Source: Leidyana gryllorum EB-2025a (Eukaryota; Protista; Apicomplexa). Taken from it: a stretch of 46,823 nt of DNA. A program made the translations under genes and the position numbers. The notes below the pieces were generated by a model. It saw only the letters and a list, made by a program, of their open reading frames with translations. It was not told the origin of the DNA and did not search any database. Positions 10,738 to 20,491 of the stretch are shown here, piece by piece. Every line of letters starts with the position of its first letter. Position 1 is the first letter of the stretch. The stretch covers positions 1-46,823 of the forward strand of contig JBLWGC010000226.1 in the NCBI GenBank assembly GCA_048772705.1. The letters are read 5' to 3'.

Positions 10738-10811
10738 TGCTCCCCGAGGGGATCGAACCCTCGACCTTCGGCACATAAGGCCGATGCTCTAACCAGCTGA
10801 GCTAGGGGAGC
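10738..10811 (-). tRNA. trnI: tRNA-Ile(TAT), intronless, single copy in window
   Basis: GCTCCCC...TCGGC-CT-TAT-GT-GCCGA...GGGGAGCA. Confidence 0.9.
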
Positions 10812-11399
10812 GATCACCGCCGTGCCACCGCGTAACTCACATTCGATTCTATGTCAGGGGGTTGTTACATCAAGTGTCAGAATGCCCCGGCCTCGTGCCG
10901 ACCAAGCTTGTTAGCGTTTCTGTTAATTTGCCACGGCGGTTTGAGGCGTGCCTCCTGCGTCTGTCGGGAATCGAACCTGGGTCGTCTCGGTGGCAACGAG
11001 ACATTCTACCACTAGACCACAGATGCACAATCCAGCGTTGAGCTAGTCGCCCGCTGTGCAGACGTCATAGCATTCCGTGGTTTTTGACATAGTATGCATG
11101 ACAAGCGTGAGATTAGAGACCACGCGATTTAGAACTGCGGCCTGAACACAGCACTTCAGACCACCCGGCCATCTTGCCGCCGTGTTCTTGGCTCGCCACA
11201 TGGCATGTTTTGTGCCCGTGAAGTCTCGAGAAAGAACTATTTCATCTCGGACGCTCGTCAACGCGCCGGACTTCAACCCCAAAAGTCTGGTCAGTATTTC
11301 CGCCTGTCACGCGGAATACCCGGATTCGATGCTTGGTTTCAGAGCACAGTTGATTGCGCTTAAGATTGTCTCATTTGGGTGTCGCTGAAAGTTGCGAGC

Positions 11400-11472
11400 T
11401 ACAGCCACCGAGGATCGAACTCGGGACCTTCTGCGTGTTAAGCAGACGTCGTGACCACTAGACCATGGCTGC
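11400..11472 (-). tRNA. trnV: tRNA-Val(AAC)
   Basis: TCTGC-TT-AAC-AC-GCAGA, complete. Confidence 0.9.
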
Positions 11473-11535
11473 AGTGAAGGTCCCGCAGACCAAGAGAAGT
11501 GGCGAGGTTTCACGAAAGAGTGAGGACTAGTTCTG

Positions 11536-11607
11536 AGGTCGCGCCGGGAATCGATCCTAAGTCGGGAGATTTGGAGTCTCCAGTGCTAACCACTACACCA
11601 CGTAACC
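11536..11607 (-). pseudogene. tRNA-Gln body with CCA anticodon, damaged T-arm
   Basis: GGAGA-CT-CCA-AA-TCTCC; T-arm TTAGG-ATCGATT-CCCGG. Confidence 0.75.
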
Positions 11608-11890
11608 GATTCCGTCCTTCCTAAAAGGAGTTGGTAGAGCCATCCGGACTAGCGCTCCCTCAACTGGACACATGCGACACGCGTCTCTCTACTGGCCTTT
11701 GAAATATTGTAACTGGCTCTTGTATCTTAGTCGGCAGAGTGTGTGATGGTGAAATACAAACTCGGGAATCCGGGCTTTGAGGCAACCTTCACACATACTG
11801 CGGTGCCCAGGTCTGTCCAAGGGCTACAGGGCATGACTAAAAGCTCTCAACTCGGTAAGTAAATAGCGGCAGGTGCAGCCGTACGACGTT

Positions 11891-11963
11891 TGGACGACCT
11901 GGGCATCGATCCCAGTACCTCTCGCATGCTAAGCGAGCGCTCTACCATTTGAGCTAGTCGCCC
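11891..11963 (-). tRNA. trnA: tRNA-Ala(AGC)
   Basis: Complete, G3.U70. Confidence 0.92.
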
Positions 11964-12051
11964 GTTGTGCAGACCCCATCGCCTGTGTTGGTTCTCAACA
12001 TAGTATGACCACTCTCTCAACTGTACTCAGCGGTCTGCACCACCGACAGGC

Positions 12052-12123
12052 GGCTGTTTGGTCTAGTGGTATGATCCTTCCTTAGGGTGGAGAGAGTCCT
12101 GAGTTCGATTCCCAGAACAGCCC
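12052..12123 (+). tRNA. trnP: tRNA-Pro(AGG), variant
   Basis: Loop TT-AGG-GT; T-stem mismatch. Confidence 0.7.
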
Positions 12124-12264
12124 TCTTGGTCGTCGGTTGAGCCGACGGGACAAGTTGCCCTCAGAACCAACACAGCCACCTCTTTAGCCCAATTCGGTAG
12201 GGCAGTCAGCGCAACTAACATCTCGGGAATCGCATTTCGGCTACCTCTGACATGTTGCAGACTA

Positions 12265-12336
12265 AGCAGTGTAGCTCAGTGGAAGAGTGTTGGGCTCATA
12301 ACCCAAAGGTCCGTCGACCGAAACGACGCACTCCTA
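12265..12336 (+). tRNA. trnMi: initiator tRNA-Met(CAT), two substitutions
   Basis: A1-U72, TTGGG-CT-CAT-AA-CCCAA; T-loop ACCGAAA, one acceptor mismatch. Confidence 0.72.
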
Positions 12337-12532
12337 AGTGTGCGCAGGAGGGAAACAGTTATAGAATTGATTGGGTCGTGAGCAAAGCCTTCTGCCGAAT
12401 CGAACCGGCGACCTTTCGCTTACTAAGCGAATGCTCTGCCCCTAAGCTAAGAAGGCAATGCAAGCCGAAGATCACGAGTCAGTCACTATTGACGGAGGTT
12501 ACTGGAGCACTTTGCTCGAATGGTCCAATGAC

Positions 12533-12605
12533 TTCCACTGCCGGGACTTGAACCCGGATCGTGCGGGTGAAAGCCGCATATCCCAGCCACTTAGACTACA
12601 GTGGA
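12533..12605 (-). tRNA. trnE: tRNA-Glu(TTC)
   Basis: 73 nt cloverleaf, one D-loop change. Confidence 0.82.
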
Positions 12606-12722
12606 CAACTCCCTCAGCTGCAGCTTTAGCCAAGAGCTGTACCCTCTTGACAAGACGTGATTGCAGAATCCTGCGGTAGAAAAAGGAGGATCTCTATACT
12701 AACCTCTGAACCATTGTAGCTG

Positions 12723-12795
12723 GGTCTTGTAGCTCAGTCGGCAGAGCGTGTGGCTGTTAATCACAAAGTCGCAGGTTCGAAACCTGCCAGGACCG
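12723..12795 (+). tRNA. trnN: tRNA-Asn(GTT)
   Basis: TGTGG-CT-GTT-AA-TCACA, G73. Confidence 0.85.
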
Positions 12796-12910
12796 GTTTC
12801 AGAGGCACACTAAACACTGACTGCGCTGCTCTCCGAATGGCACTTGTGGTCGGCGACCCTTCAAAGATGTAAGTTTGTTTGGATCCCGCCACGTGCAGCC
12901 GTACGTACTT

Positions 12911-12983
12911 TGGACGACCTGGGTATCGATCCCAATACCTCTCGCATGCGAAGCGAGCGCTCTACCATCTGAGCTAGCCGCCC
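12911..12983 (-). tRNA. trnA: tRNA-Ala(CGC)
   Basis: Complete, loop TT-CGC-AT. Confidence 0.88.
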
Positions 12984-13051
12984 ATCCGCTCGTCCGCTCT
13001 ACATGGAAGACCTATTGCATCCAGTGGCTGACCGAGGGCCGATACAACGGC

Positions 13052-13131
13052 TGACAAGAGTGGGATTCCAACCCACGCCCTTTCGGACTGCGGCCTTAAC
13101 ACAGCGCCTTGGACCACTCGGCCATCTTGCC
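13052..13131 (-). pseudogene. trnL: tRNA-Leu(AAG), T-loop C56>G
   Basis: Loop TT-AAG-GC; T-loop TTGGAAT. Confidence 0.7.
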
Positions 13132-13429
13132 GGAGTGTTCTTGGCTCGCCACTTTACACGTTTTCTGTTCGTGAAGTCTCGTGAAGGGAGGCTTTTGGGG
13201 TTGAAGATGTCGTTCTGGGTGCGGTGTACCGCCCCGAAGTACTCTCACGGCCTGGGGTGCTTACATTACAACCCATCTGAATGTAGTGGTGGCATCAGAT
13301 ATTCGACGGGTAAATGCCGTCCCACCGGGAGTTGAGGAGTGGACTTCTTACAACGTAATTCGTCTGAGGCTCCTGTTCCATTCCATCCTGATCGATGCTT
13401 CGCTACCTCTAAAGCCTCGCTCAAAGATT

Positions 13430-13501
13430 GTCCGAGTCGTCTAGTGGTTAGGACAGCACGTTGTGGCCGTGCAAACCCAGGCTCGATTCCTGGCTCGGAC
13501 A
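13430..13501 (+). tRNA. trnH: tRNA-His(GTG)
   Basis: GCACG-TT-GTG-GC-CGTGC; T-loop CTCGATT. Confidence 0.85.
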
Positions 13502-13845
13502 AGGGGTCTAAAGTGCATTGCTCTTCGCCCCGGTTGAAAATATTGTTGCAGCCATGGTCAAGTCTGTACGATCGGCTGCACCTGCCGGGACTCTATCCCG
13601 GGCTGCGAGCATGGGAAGCTCGCATTCTACCCTTGGACCACAAGTGCACTCGAGAAAGAGCTCCAGCACCCCGAGACTCGGCCGCAGTCTGCGTTGAGCT
13701 AGTGGGTGCCTCAAGTACTGGCAGGTTCCAGTCTGCGACTTTGTGGCTAAGAGACTTACCCTCTGGTGGCTGAACTACGACGCTCGGCTAAGATGATTGG
13801 AGCTTGAGAGACTTAAGCTTTGCAGGTGCCCAGTCGATGCAGTCA

Positions 13846-13917
13846 AGCCTTCTGCCGGAATCGAACCGGCGACTTTTCGCTTACTAAGCGAATGCTGTGC
13901 CCCTAAGCTAAGAAGGC
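13846..13917 (-). tRNA. trnT: tRNA-Thr(AGT), D-stem mismatch
   Basis: Thr body with two substitutions. Confidence 0.7.
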
Positions 13918-14139
13918 AATGCAAGCCGAAGATCACGAATCAGACACTATTGACGGAGATTGCTGGGCACTTTGCTCAAGTATTCCACTGACTTCAACCA
14001 CTGACTTCCACTGCCGGACTTGAGCCCGGAGCTTGCGGGTGAGGCCGCATATCCTAGCCACTCAGACTACAGTGGACAACATTCCTCAGCGAAGGCAGCT
14101 AGTAGCCAAATCATCGAAGTAAAGTGCTGAGCCTTTGGC

Positions 14140-14212
14140 TACCTACGGCGAGACTCGAACTCGCAACCTTTGGATTAGAAGTCCAACGCGCTATCCATTG
14201 CGCCACGTAGGC
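14140..14212 (-). tRNA. trnR: tRNA-Arg(TCT), intronless
   Basis: TTGGA-CT-TCT-AA-TCCAA, complete. Confidence 0.9.
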
Positions 14213-14301
14213 CGCGGCTTTTCGACTAGATTGAAATATCAACATTCACATTTTTGGACCACGCGCCAGTCGTTTCTCTGCAGCCAAAATTGCATGGAGT
14301 T

Positions 14302-14374
14302 TGGACGACCTGGGTATCGATCCCAGTACCTCTCGCATGCAAAGCGAGAGCTCCACCATCTGAGCTAGCCGCCC
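14302..14374 (-). tRNA. trnA: tRNA-Ala(TGC), variant
   Basis: Ala(TGC) body with 2 nt missing or altered near D-arm. Confidence 0.7.
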
Positions 14375-14432
14375 ATCCGCTCTACATGGAAGATCTATTG
14401 CATCCAGTGGCTGACCGAGCCGATACACCGGC

Positions 14433-14511
14433 TGACAAGCGTGGCTTCGAACCCACGCCCTTTCGGACTGCGGCCTAAACACAGCGCCTTAGACTACTCG
14501 GCCATCTTGCC
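14433..14511 (-). pseudogene. trnL: tRNA-Leu(TAG), damaged
   Basis: Loop TT-TAG-GC; D-loop and T-stem lesions. Confidence 0.7.
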
Positions 14512-14729
14512 GGAGTGCTCTTGGTTCGTCCCGCCACGCTTTTTTTGTCCGTGAGCCGAAATAAAAAGACTTCTGGGATTGGAGGCCGGCGTGTTCAGAG
14601 GGTCCGAGTTAGTATAGTGGTTAGTGTCTCCGCCTGTCACGCGGAAGACCCGGGTTCGATTCCCGGGCTCGAAACGCAGGTGGTTTCGCTTAAGATTCTG
14701 TCCTTTGGTTCTCGCTGAAAGTTGCGAGC

Positions 14730-14802
14730 TACAGCCACCGAGGATCGAACTCGGGACCTTCTGCGTGTGAAGCAGACGTCGTAACCACTAGACCATGGCT
14801 GC
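14730..14802 (-). tRNA. trnV: tRNA-Val(CAC)
   Basis: Complete cloverleaf. Confidence 0.92.
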
Positions 14803-14865
14803 ACGGCAGGTCCCGCAGACCAAAGCAAGTGGGGAGGTTTCACGAAGTAGTGAGGACTAGTTTCA

Positions 14866-14937
14866 AGGTCGCGCCGGGAATCGAACCCAGGTCGGGAGAT
14901 TCAAAGTCTCCAGTGCTAACCACTACACCACGCAACC
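14866..14937 (-). tRNA. trnQ: tRNA-Gln(TTG)
   Basis: GGAGA-CT-TTG-AA-TCTCC, complete. Confidence 0.92.
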
Positions 14938-15370
14938 GATTTAGCCCTTCTCAAAGAGTTGATAGAGCCATCCGGACTAGAGCTTCCCCACACATGCAAA
15001 ACGGGTTTCTCTACTAACCTCCAAAATATTCAACTGGCTCTTGTAGCGCAGTGGGCAAAGCGTGTGATTGTTCAATACTAAGTCGCAGGTCCGCGGTCTC
15101 AGGCACCCTAGACCGTATTGCGATGCCAAAGTCTATCCAAGGGCTACAGGGCACCCTCAAAGCTCTCAACTCTGTAGTCAAATAGCGCCAGTTGCAGCAC
15201 TACAAACTTTGGACGACCTGGGCATTGATCCCAGTACCTCTTGCACGCTAAGCGAGCGCTTCACCATTTGAGCTAGTCCCCCGCTGTGCAGACCCCATCG
15301 CATTTAGTGGTACTTCACATAGTATGACCACTCTCTCGAGTGTACCCAGCGGGTTGCACGACCGACAGGC

Positions 15371-15442
15371 GGCTGTTTGGTCTAGTGGTATGATCCTTCC
15401 TTAGGGTGGAAGGAGTCCTGGGTTCGATTCCCAGAACAGCCC
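15371..15442 (+). tRNA. trnP: tRNA-Pro(AGG)
   Basis: Complete cloverleaf. Confidence 0.92.
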
Positions 15443-15567
15443 TCTGGGTTGTCGGTTGACCCGATGGATGAGCAGTTTTTAGAAGTAACACAGCCACCGC
15501 GTCGACACTCAAGGCAATTAACATCTCAAGAATTGCATTTCGGCTACCTCTTCCATGTTGCAGACTA

Positions 15568-15639
15568 AGCAGTGCAGCTCAGCGGAAGAGTGTTGGGCTC
15601 ACAACCCAAAGGTCAGTCGATCAAAACGACTCACTGCTA
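15568..15639 (+). tRNA. initiator-tRNA body with CAC anticodon
   Basis: A1-U72, TTGGG-CT-CAC-AA-CCCAA, paired T-stem AGTCG/CGACT; U8>C. Confidence 0.65.
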
Positions 15640-15687
15640 AGTGTGCGCAAAAGGGAAACAGTCTAGAATAGATCGGCTCGTGACCAA

Positions 15688-15759
15688 AGCCTTCTGCCGG
15701 AATCGAACCGGCGACCTTTCGCTTACTAAGCGAATGCTCTGCCCCTAAGCTAAGAAGGC
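15688..15759 (-). tRNA. trnT: tRNA-Thr(AGT)
   Basis: Complete cloverleaf. Confidence 0.92.
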
Positions 15760-16232
15760 AATGCAAGCCGAAGATCACGAAACAGTCTCTATTGACGGAG
15801 ATTACTGGACCACTTTGCTCGAGTAGTGCAAGGACTTCCACTGCCGGGACTTGAACCCGGATCGTGCGAGTGAGAGCCGCTTGTCCTAGCCACTTAGACT
15901 ACAGTGGGCAAGTTCCCCAATTGAGGTTTCGGATGAGAACCGTACCCTCTTAACAAGACGTGGTCCGTCGGGTCAACCTACAACAAAAGGGTTGCAGTAG
16001 AAAGTGGAGGGTCTCTCCACTAAGCTCAGAAACATTGTAAGGCGTCTTGTAGCTCAGTGGCAAAGCGTGTGGCTTTTGATGACAAACTCGGAGGTCCGGA
16101 ACCTAACAGAACCGGCTTCAGATGCACCCTAGACATTGAGTGCGGTGCTCTCCCAATGGCACTTGTGGTTCGCGACTCTTCAAAGATGGTAGCGATGGGT
16201 CTGAAGGCGGCCACGTGCAGCGGTACCTACTT

Positions 16233-16305
16233 TGGACGACCTGGGCATCGATCCCAGTACCTCTCGCATGCTAAGCGAGCGCTCTACCATTTGAGCTAGT
16301 CGCCC
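16233..16305 (-). tRNA. trnA: tRNA-Ala(AGC)
   Basis: Complete cloverleaf. Confidence 0.92.
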
Positions 16306-16541
16306 GTGGTGCAGACCCCATCGCATTTGTTGGTTCTCAACATAGGATGACCACTTTTTAAACTGTCTTCAGCGGGTTGCACGAACGACAGGCGGCTGTT
16401 TGGTGTAGTGGTATGATACTTCCGTCGGGTGGAAGAAGTCCTAGGTTCCATTCTTAGAACAGCCCGCTTTGTTGTATCTTTTCCCAACCTGCCTGGCAGC
16501 ATGGTTCTGGGTTCAGGTGATTCCTCGGAGAAAGTCGGAGG

Positions 16542-16614
16542 GGGAGTGTAGCGCAGTCGGTAGCGCGTAGGTCTGATAATCCTGAAGTCGAGAGTTCGAT
16601 CCTCTCCACTCCCA
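16542..16614 (+). tRNA. tRNA-Met elongator body with GAT (Ile) anticodon
   Basis: Identical to 30708-30780 except C34>G at 16575. Confidence 0.85.
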
Positions 16615-16717
16615 CGGTCAGAATCGAAACCGCCGACAAACTCATCATGCCAGAACACGATTTGGTGAATCTTGTACGTGGTGACAGCCATTCCTCATAA
16701 GCTTATCGATGCATCAA

Positions 16718-16789
16718 AGCCTTCTGCCGGAATCGAACCGGCGACTTCTCGCTTACGAAGCGAACGCTCTGCCCCTAAGCTAAGAAGGC
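16718..16789 (-). tRNA. trnT: tRNA-Thr(CGT)
   Basis: TTCGC-TT-CGT-AA-GCGAG, complete. Confidence 0.9.
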
Positions 16790-16921
16790 AACTTAGCTGG
16801 AGAATCATGTGGCAGTTGTATCGACAAAAGTTAGCCGGGTGCCACGTGCACGGCGGGCTGTCCCGCGCGCATCGTGGGGGCATGCTGGGATGAAGTCGCA
16901 GGTTGTCCTGACTACAACGCC

Positions 16922-17001
16922 TGACAAGAGTGGGATTCGAACCCACGCCCTTTCGGACTGCGGCCTGAACACAGCGCCTTGGACCACTCGGCCATCTTGC
17001 C
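16922..17001 (-). tRNA. trnL: tRNA-Leu(CAG)
   Basis: Identical to 3721-3800. Confidence 0.9.
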
Positions 17002-17220
17002 GAAATGTTGTTGGCTCGCCGCCCCACGCGTTTTCTATCCGTGGAATCTCAAAATGGAAGAACTTCTGGGGTTGGAGGCCCGGCGTATCCAGAGCGTCCG
17101 AGATAGTATAGCGGTTAGGATTTCCGCCTATCACGCGGAAGACCAGGGTCGATTCCAGGTCTCGGAGCACAGTTCGTTTTTCCGCTTCAGATTTCGTGGT
17201 GCTCAGATAAAGTTTCGAGC

Positions 17221-17293
17221 TACAGCCACCGAGGATCGAACTCGGGACCTTCTGCGTGTGAAGCAGACGTCGTAACCACTAGACCATGGCTGC
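17221..17293 (-). tRNA. trnV: tRNA-Val(CAC)
   Basis: Complete cloverleaf. Confidence 0.92.
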
Positions 17294-17413
17294 GCGGAGC
17301 TTTCGGACTGAGAAAGGGGCGTGTGTCTCTGGAAACAGGTATCTGATGAGGGGCGAAAACCACGGAATGCTATGAGGTCTGCACAGCGGGCGACTAGCTC
17401 AACAAGATATGAT

Positions 17414-17484
17414 GCATCTGTGGTCTAGTGGTAGAATGTCTCGTTGCCATCGAGACGACCCGGGTTCGATTCCCGGCAGATGCA
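17414..17484 (+). tRNA. trnG: tRNA-Gly(GCC)
   Basis: Complete cloverleaf. Confidence 0.93.
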
Positions 17485-17740
17485 GAAGACACAGTTGCTT
17501 TTCCCACCATTCCACGGATTCACGCTTGAGTTGGTGTCTGACCCCTCCGATCACATCGCACGACAACTGCTGGATCTGCACCAGCCCGGCCCAGGCCCTG
17601 TAGAGATCAAATCTTCTCCCCTTCCCCACTCGGGCAAGTTGGCAACTGTCGAACTTAGTAACAGATTCCATCCGTATTCGTCGTAGAATGTTGGGGCTTC
17701 TTCGGGTCGAGGGCAACTCTGTATCACAGATCCACTGCCT

Positions 17741-17814
17741 TGGTCACGCCCGGGCTCGAACCGGGGACCTTGAGCTTATTAGGCTCACGCTCTAACCGAC
17801 TGAACTACGCGACC
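17741..17814 (-). tRNA. trnI: tRNA-Ile(AAT)
   Basis: GGTCGCG...TGAGC-CT-AAT-AA-GCTCA...CGTGACCA. Confidence 0.88.
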
Positions 17815-17933
17815 GCCTCCGACGACAGATGGCACCGATTCACTTACTTGATGCCTTTGCGTCGCCACTGCAATCCTTAGCATGTACTGCTGGTGTTTTG
17901 AGCCCAGCCGCCTACTCCGATGATCGCAACACA

Positions 17934-18015
17934 CGACAACTGCTGGATTTGAACCAGCGCGGGCCAGGCCCAGTAGATTTCTAGTCTACCCCCTTAACCA
18001 CTCGGGCAAGTTGCC
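17934..18015 (-). tRNA. trnS: tRNA-Ser(AGA)
   Basis: Complete, 82 nt. Confidence 0.92.
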
Positions 18016-18474
18016 GCTGTCGAACTTGGCATTTTGCGGCCAGTGGCTTCACATACGATTCAGCGAGCTTTACTAGGACTGCTCGCGCCGCCCGAACCCG
18101 CGGTTCTCCCTTCAAAAGTCTTGCGCTCTACCGACGGAGTTGGGGCGGCAAGGAAGCTCGCCCCGTACCCGAGGAAGGCACAGGATTCCACGATCAATAC
18201 AAATGGAATTGGTTACTAAGTCCGAATTTGTATCAGAGATCCACTCACTTGGTCACGCCGACATACCAGCCTCACTTGAAGATTGTCCGGGTCGAGTGCT
18301 TACAACAGCAAGTTGTGGCCGTGCATACCCAGGCCCGAATCCTGGCTTGGATAGTATGTCCCCGATGTCTCGAATGGGAGATGTAAGTGAAGTCTGTCCA
18401 AACCCACGATCGGGCGTAGCTGCCCATGTCCTCTCTTGATCGCTACACACTTCCATCTGACGGCTCCGTTAGTC

Positions 18475-18547
18475 GGCGCTATGGCCTAATGGATATGGCA
18501 TCGGTCTACGGAACCGGGGATTCTGGGTTCGAGTCCCAGTAGCGTCT
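18475..18547 (+). tRNA. trnR: tRNA-Arg(ACG)
   Basis: Complete; lies in an inverted copy (~18270-18910) of ~8570-9190. Confidence 0.9.
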
Positions 18548-19265
18548 GGGCGAATGGTGCCGTGTAGCGTCAACAACTATCAGACGGGCTGGGAATCGAA
18601 CCCGCTAGACCAAATGGTTCAACCCGCTGGGTACAGTCGAGAGACTCGTATCACTATGTGAAGTATGACTCAATGCCATGAGGTAGGCATAGAGGGAGGC
18701 TAGCCCAGATGATGAAAAGGTAGCTTAGTATACGAAGGGTTCTGGGATCGATTCCCAGCCCATCCGAACTACATAGATGGAATTCTCGTCGGAGTAGTCT
18801 AGTTGGCCTATCAACGCTCATCAGGTTGAGTAGTAGTTTGGCAATGACCCTCTACTTCCGGTGGGACGGAATCGAACCGCCGACTATCTGATGCCAGCAC
18901 TACAGTCAGATGCAAGTCGATCACTCCCACGGTCGGAATCGGCACCGCCGACTAACTCATAATATTGCCACCTTCCGATCTGGAATTGGGCGCGCTACCA
19001 TTGCGCAATAGACCCAAAATTGTCCACCGACTTCCAGGCTCATTGGTATGTGGGCAGGGATGGATTTTCAACATTCTCAAACCTTCAGGTCATCTTCAGG
19101 GCACGCGCGGAGTTGAACCACGGACTTGCTGATCTGCAGTCAGCTGCTCTACTACTGAGTTACGTACCCACGAGGCGCCTCTTATACTCGCTCAACTTGC
19201 CCCTGTCTTCTCATTCGCAGCAAAACGGCCGTTATTGTTTACGAGCTCTAACAACAACATGTTAC

Positions 19266-19336
19266 GCATCTGTGGTCTAGTGGTAGAATGTCTCGTTGCC
19301 ATCGAGACGACCCGGGTTCGATTCCCGGCAGATGCA
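19266..19336 (+). tRNA. trnG: tRNA-Gly(GCC)
   Basis: Complete cloverleaf. Confidence 0.93.
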
Positions 19337-19563
19337 GATGACACATGGTTGCTTTTCCACCATTCAGAAATTCAAGCGTGAGTTGGTGTTTTACCCTCCA
19401 ACCACATCGCACGACAACTGCTGGATCTGTCCAGGCCCAGTAGAATTCAAATCTACCCCCCTTCCCCACTCGGGCAAGTTGGCAACTGTCGATTCCGGCG
19501 TGAGGCGAGGAGTGGCCCGCCGCGGTAAGTGCTTATTTTCACCGCCTTCCATGACTACCTAGT

Positions 19564-19636
19564 GCCTCGGTAGCTCAGTTGGGAGAGCGCCAGACTGAAG
19601 ATCTGGAAGTCGCGGGTTCGAGCCCCGCGGGCGGCA
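19564..19636 (+). pseudogene. Chimeric tRNA: Phe(GAA) 5' part + Lys T-arm
   Basis: GCCTCGG...CCAGA-CT-GAA-GA-TCTGG-AAGTC then GCGGGTTCGAGCCCCGCGGGCGGCA. Confidence 0.85.
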
Positions 19637-19963
19637 ACGAAGCTCTGAACTGAGTTACACCCTATTTGCCGTTGGGTGGAGCCCTGGATCCGTTCCGGTG
19701 GGACGGAATCGAACCGCCGACTATCTGACTATCTGATGCCAGCACTACAGTCAGATGCTCTACCAACTGAGCTACCCCCGGTCGTCCAACTGCTGCGAGA
19801 TTCGAAGGCTCAACCTCAAACCCTCAACAGTGTCAGAAGTACGGCACGGATTTCGGGGTGGTCCAAGGTGCCACACTCGAGTTCCGGTAAGATTGCACGA
19901 GCTGGGTACCACTGATTTCCAAGACGGTACGGCTCTCGGCCGAGGCCTCAACTCAAGCACTTG

Positions 19964-20036
19964 TCCACTGTAGTCTATGTGGCTAGGATATGCGGCTCTC
20001 ACCCGCACGATCCGGGTTCAAGTCCCGGCAGTGGAA
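19964..20036 (+). tRNA. trnE: tRNA-Glu(CTC)
   Basis: 73 nt, one D-loop change. Confidence 0.82.
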
Positions 20037-20096
20037 ATCCAGCAGAGTGTGCTTGTAGGCAACGGTTCCACTCCTACTCCCAGAGACATTGATTTG

Positions 20097-20169
20097 CACC
20101 GCCCGCGGGGCTCGAACCCGCGACTGCAAGATTAAAAGTCTTGCGCTCTACCGACTGAGCTAGGGCGCC
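20097..20169 (-). tRNA. trnK: tRNA-Lys(TTT), acceptor mismatch
   Basis: Loop CT-TTT-AA. Confidence 0.75.
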
Positions 20170-20419
20170 AAGGAAGCTCTCAACTTAGTTACACCCTATT
20201 TGCCGGTGGGTGGAGCAGTGGGAGTGTTGAGTGGTGGAACAATGTGCTTCAGTGACTTCCGTCAATAGGGAGTCCTCACGCGTGATGTCCAGTTAACATT
20301 GCCTTCTTAGCTTGGGGCAGAGCATTCGCTTAGTAAGTGAAAGGTCGCCGGTTCGATTCGGGCAGCAGGCTTGGCTCACGAGCCAATCTATCCTGCGACT
20401 GTTCCCTTCGGCGCACACT

Positions 20420-20491
20420 TAGCAGTGCGGCGTTTCGATCGACGGACCTTTGCGTTATGAGCCTAACACTCTTCCACTGAGCTACACTGCT
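20420..20491 (-). pseudogene. trnMi: initiator tRNA-Met(CAT), stem mismatches
   Basis: iMet body with broken anticodon stem. Confidence 0.7.

Larger units (their letters stand above)
12653..13900 (+). repeat. ~1.25 kb block (Asn-Ala-Leu-His-Gly-Thr) with inverted partner ~37880-39140
   Basis: Mirrored ORFs 13003-13335 and 38450-38782 (sum 51785). Confidence 0.9.
13240..14800 (+). repeat. ~1.5 kb direct repeat block, partner ~23780-25370
   Basis: Paired ORFs 13797/24362, 14254/24820, 14515/25087; same gene order. Confidence 0.88.
14600..15165 (+). repeat. Direct repeat (Asp-Val-Gln-Asn relic), partner ~33690-34245
   Basis: Paired ORFs 14829/33919 (offset 19090). Confidence 0.88.
19260..19695 (+). 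repeat. Block (Gly-Ser relic-Phe/Lys chimera) with inverted partner ~39275-39710
   Basis: Mirrored ORFs with coordinate sum 58969. Confidence 0.88.

Noticed and set aside
12840-12898. TCA triplet in a Gly(TCC)-like unit as an opal suppressor or tRNA-Sec (also ~16160, ~30328, ~38890)
   Set aside because: D-arm deleted, anticodon stem and T-arm destroyed, and no Sec-type long acceptor or variable arms.
17097-17167. Asp bodies with ATC (17097) or GAC (33693) anticodons as functional novel tRNAs
   Set aside because: Each has several additional stem or T-loop lesions; best read as ordinary pseudogene decay.
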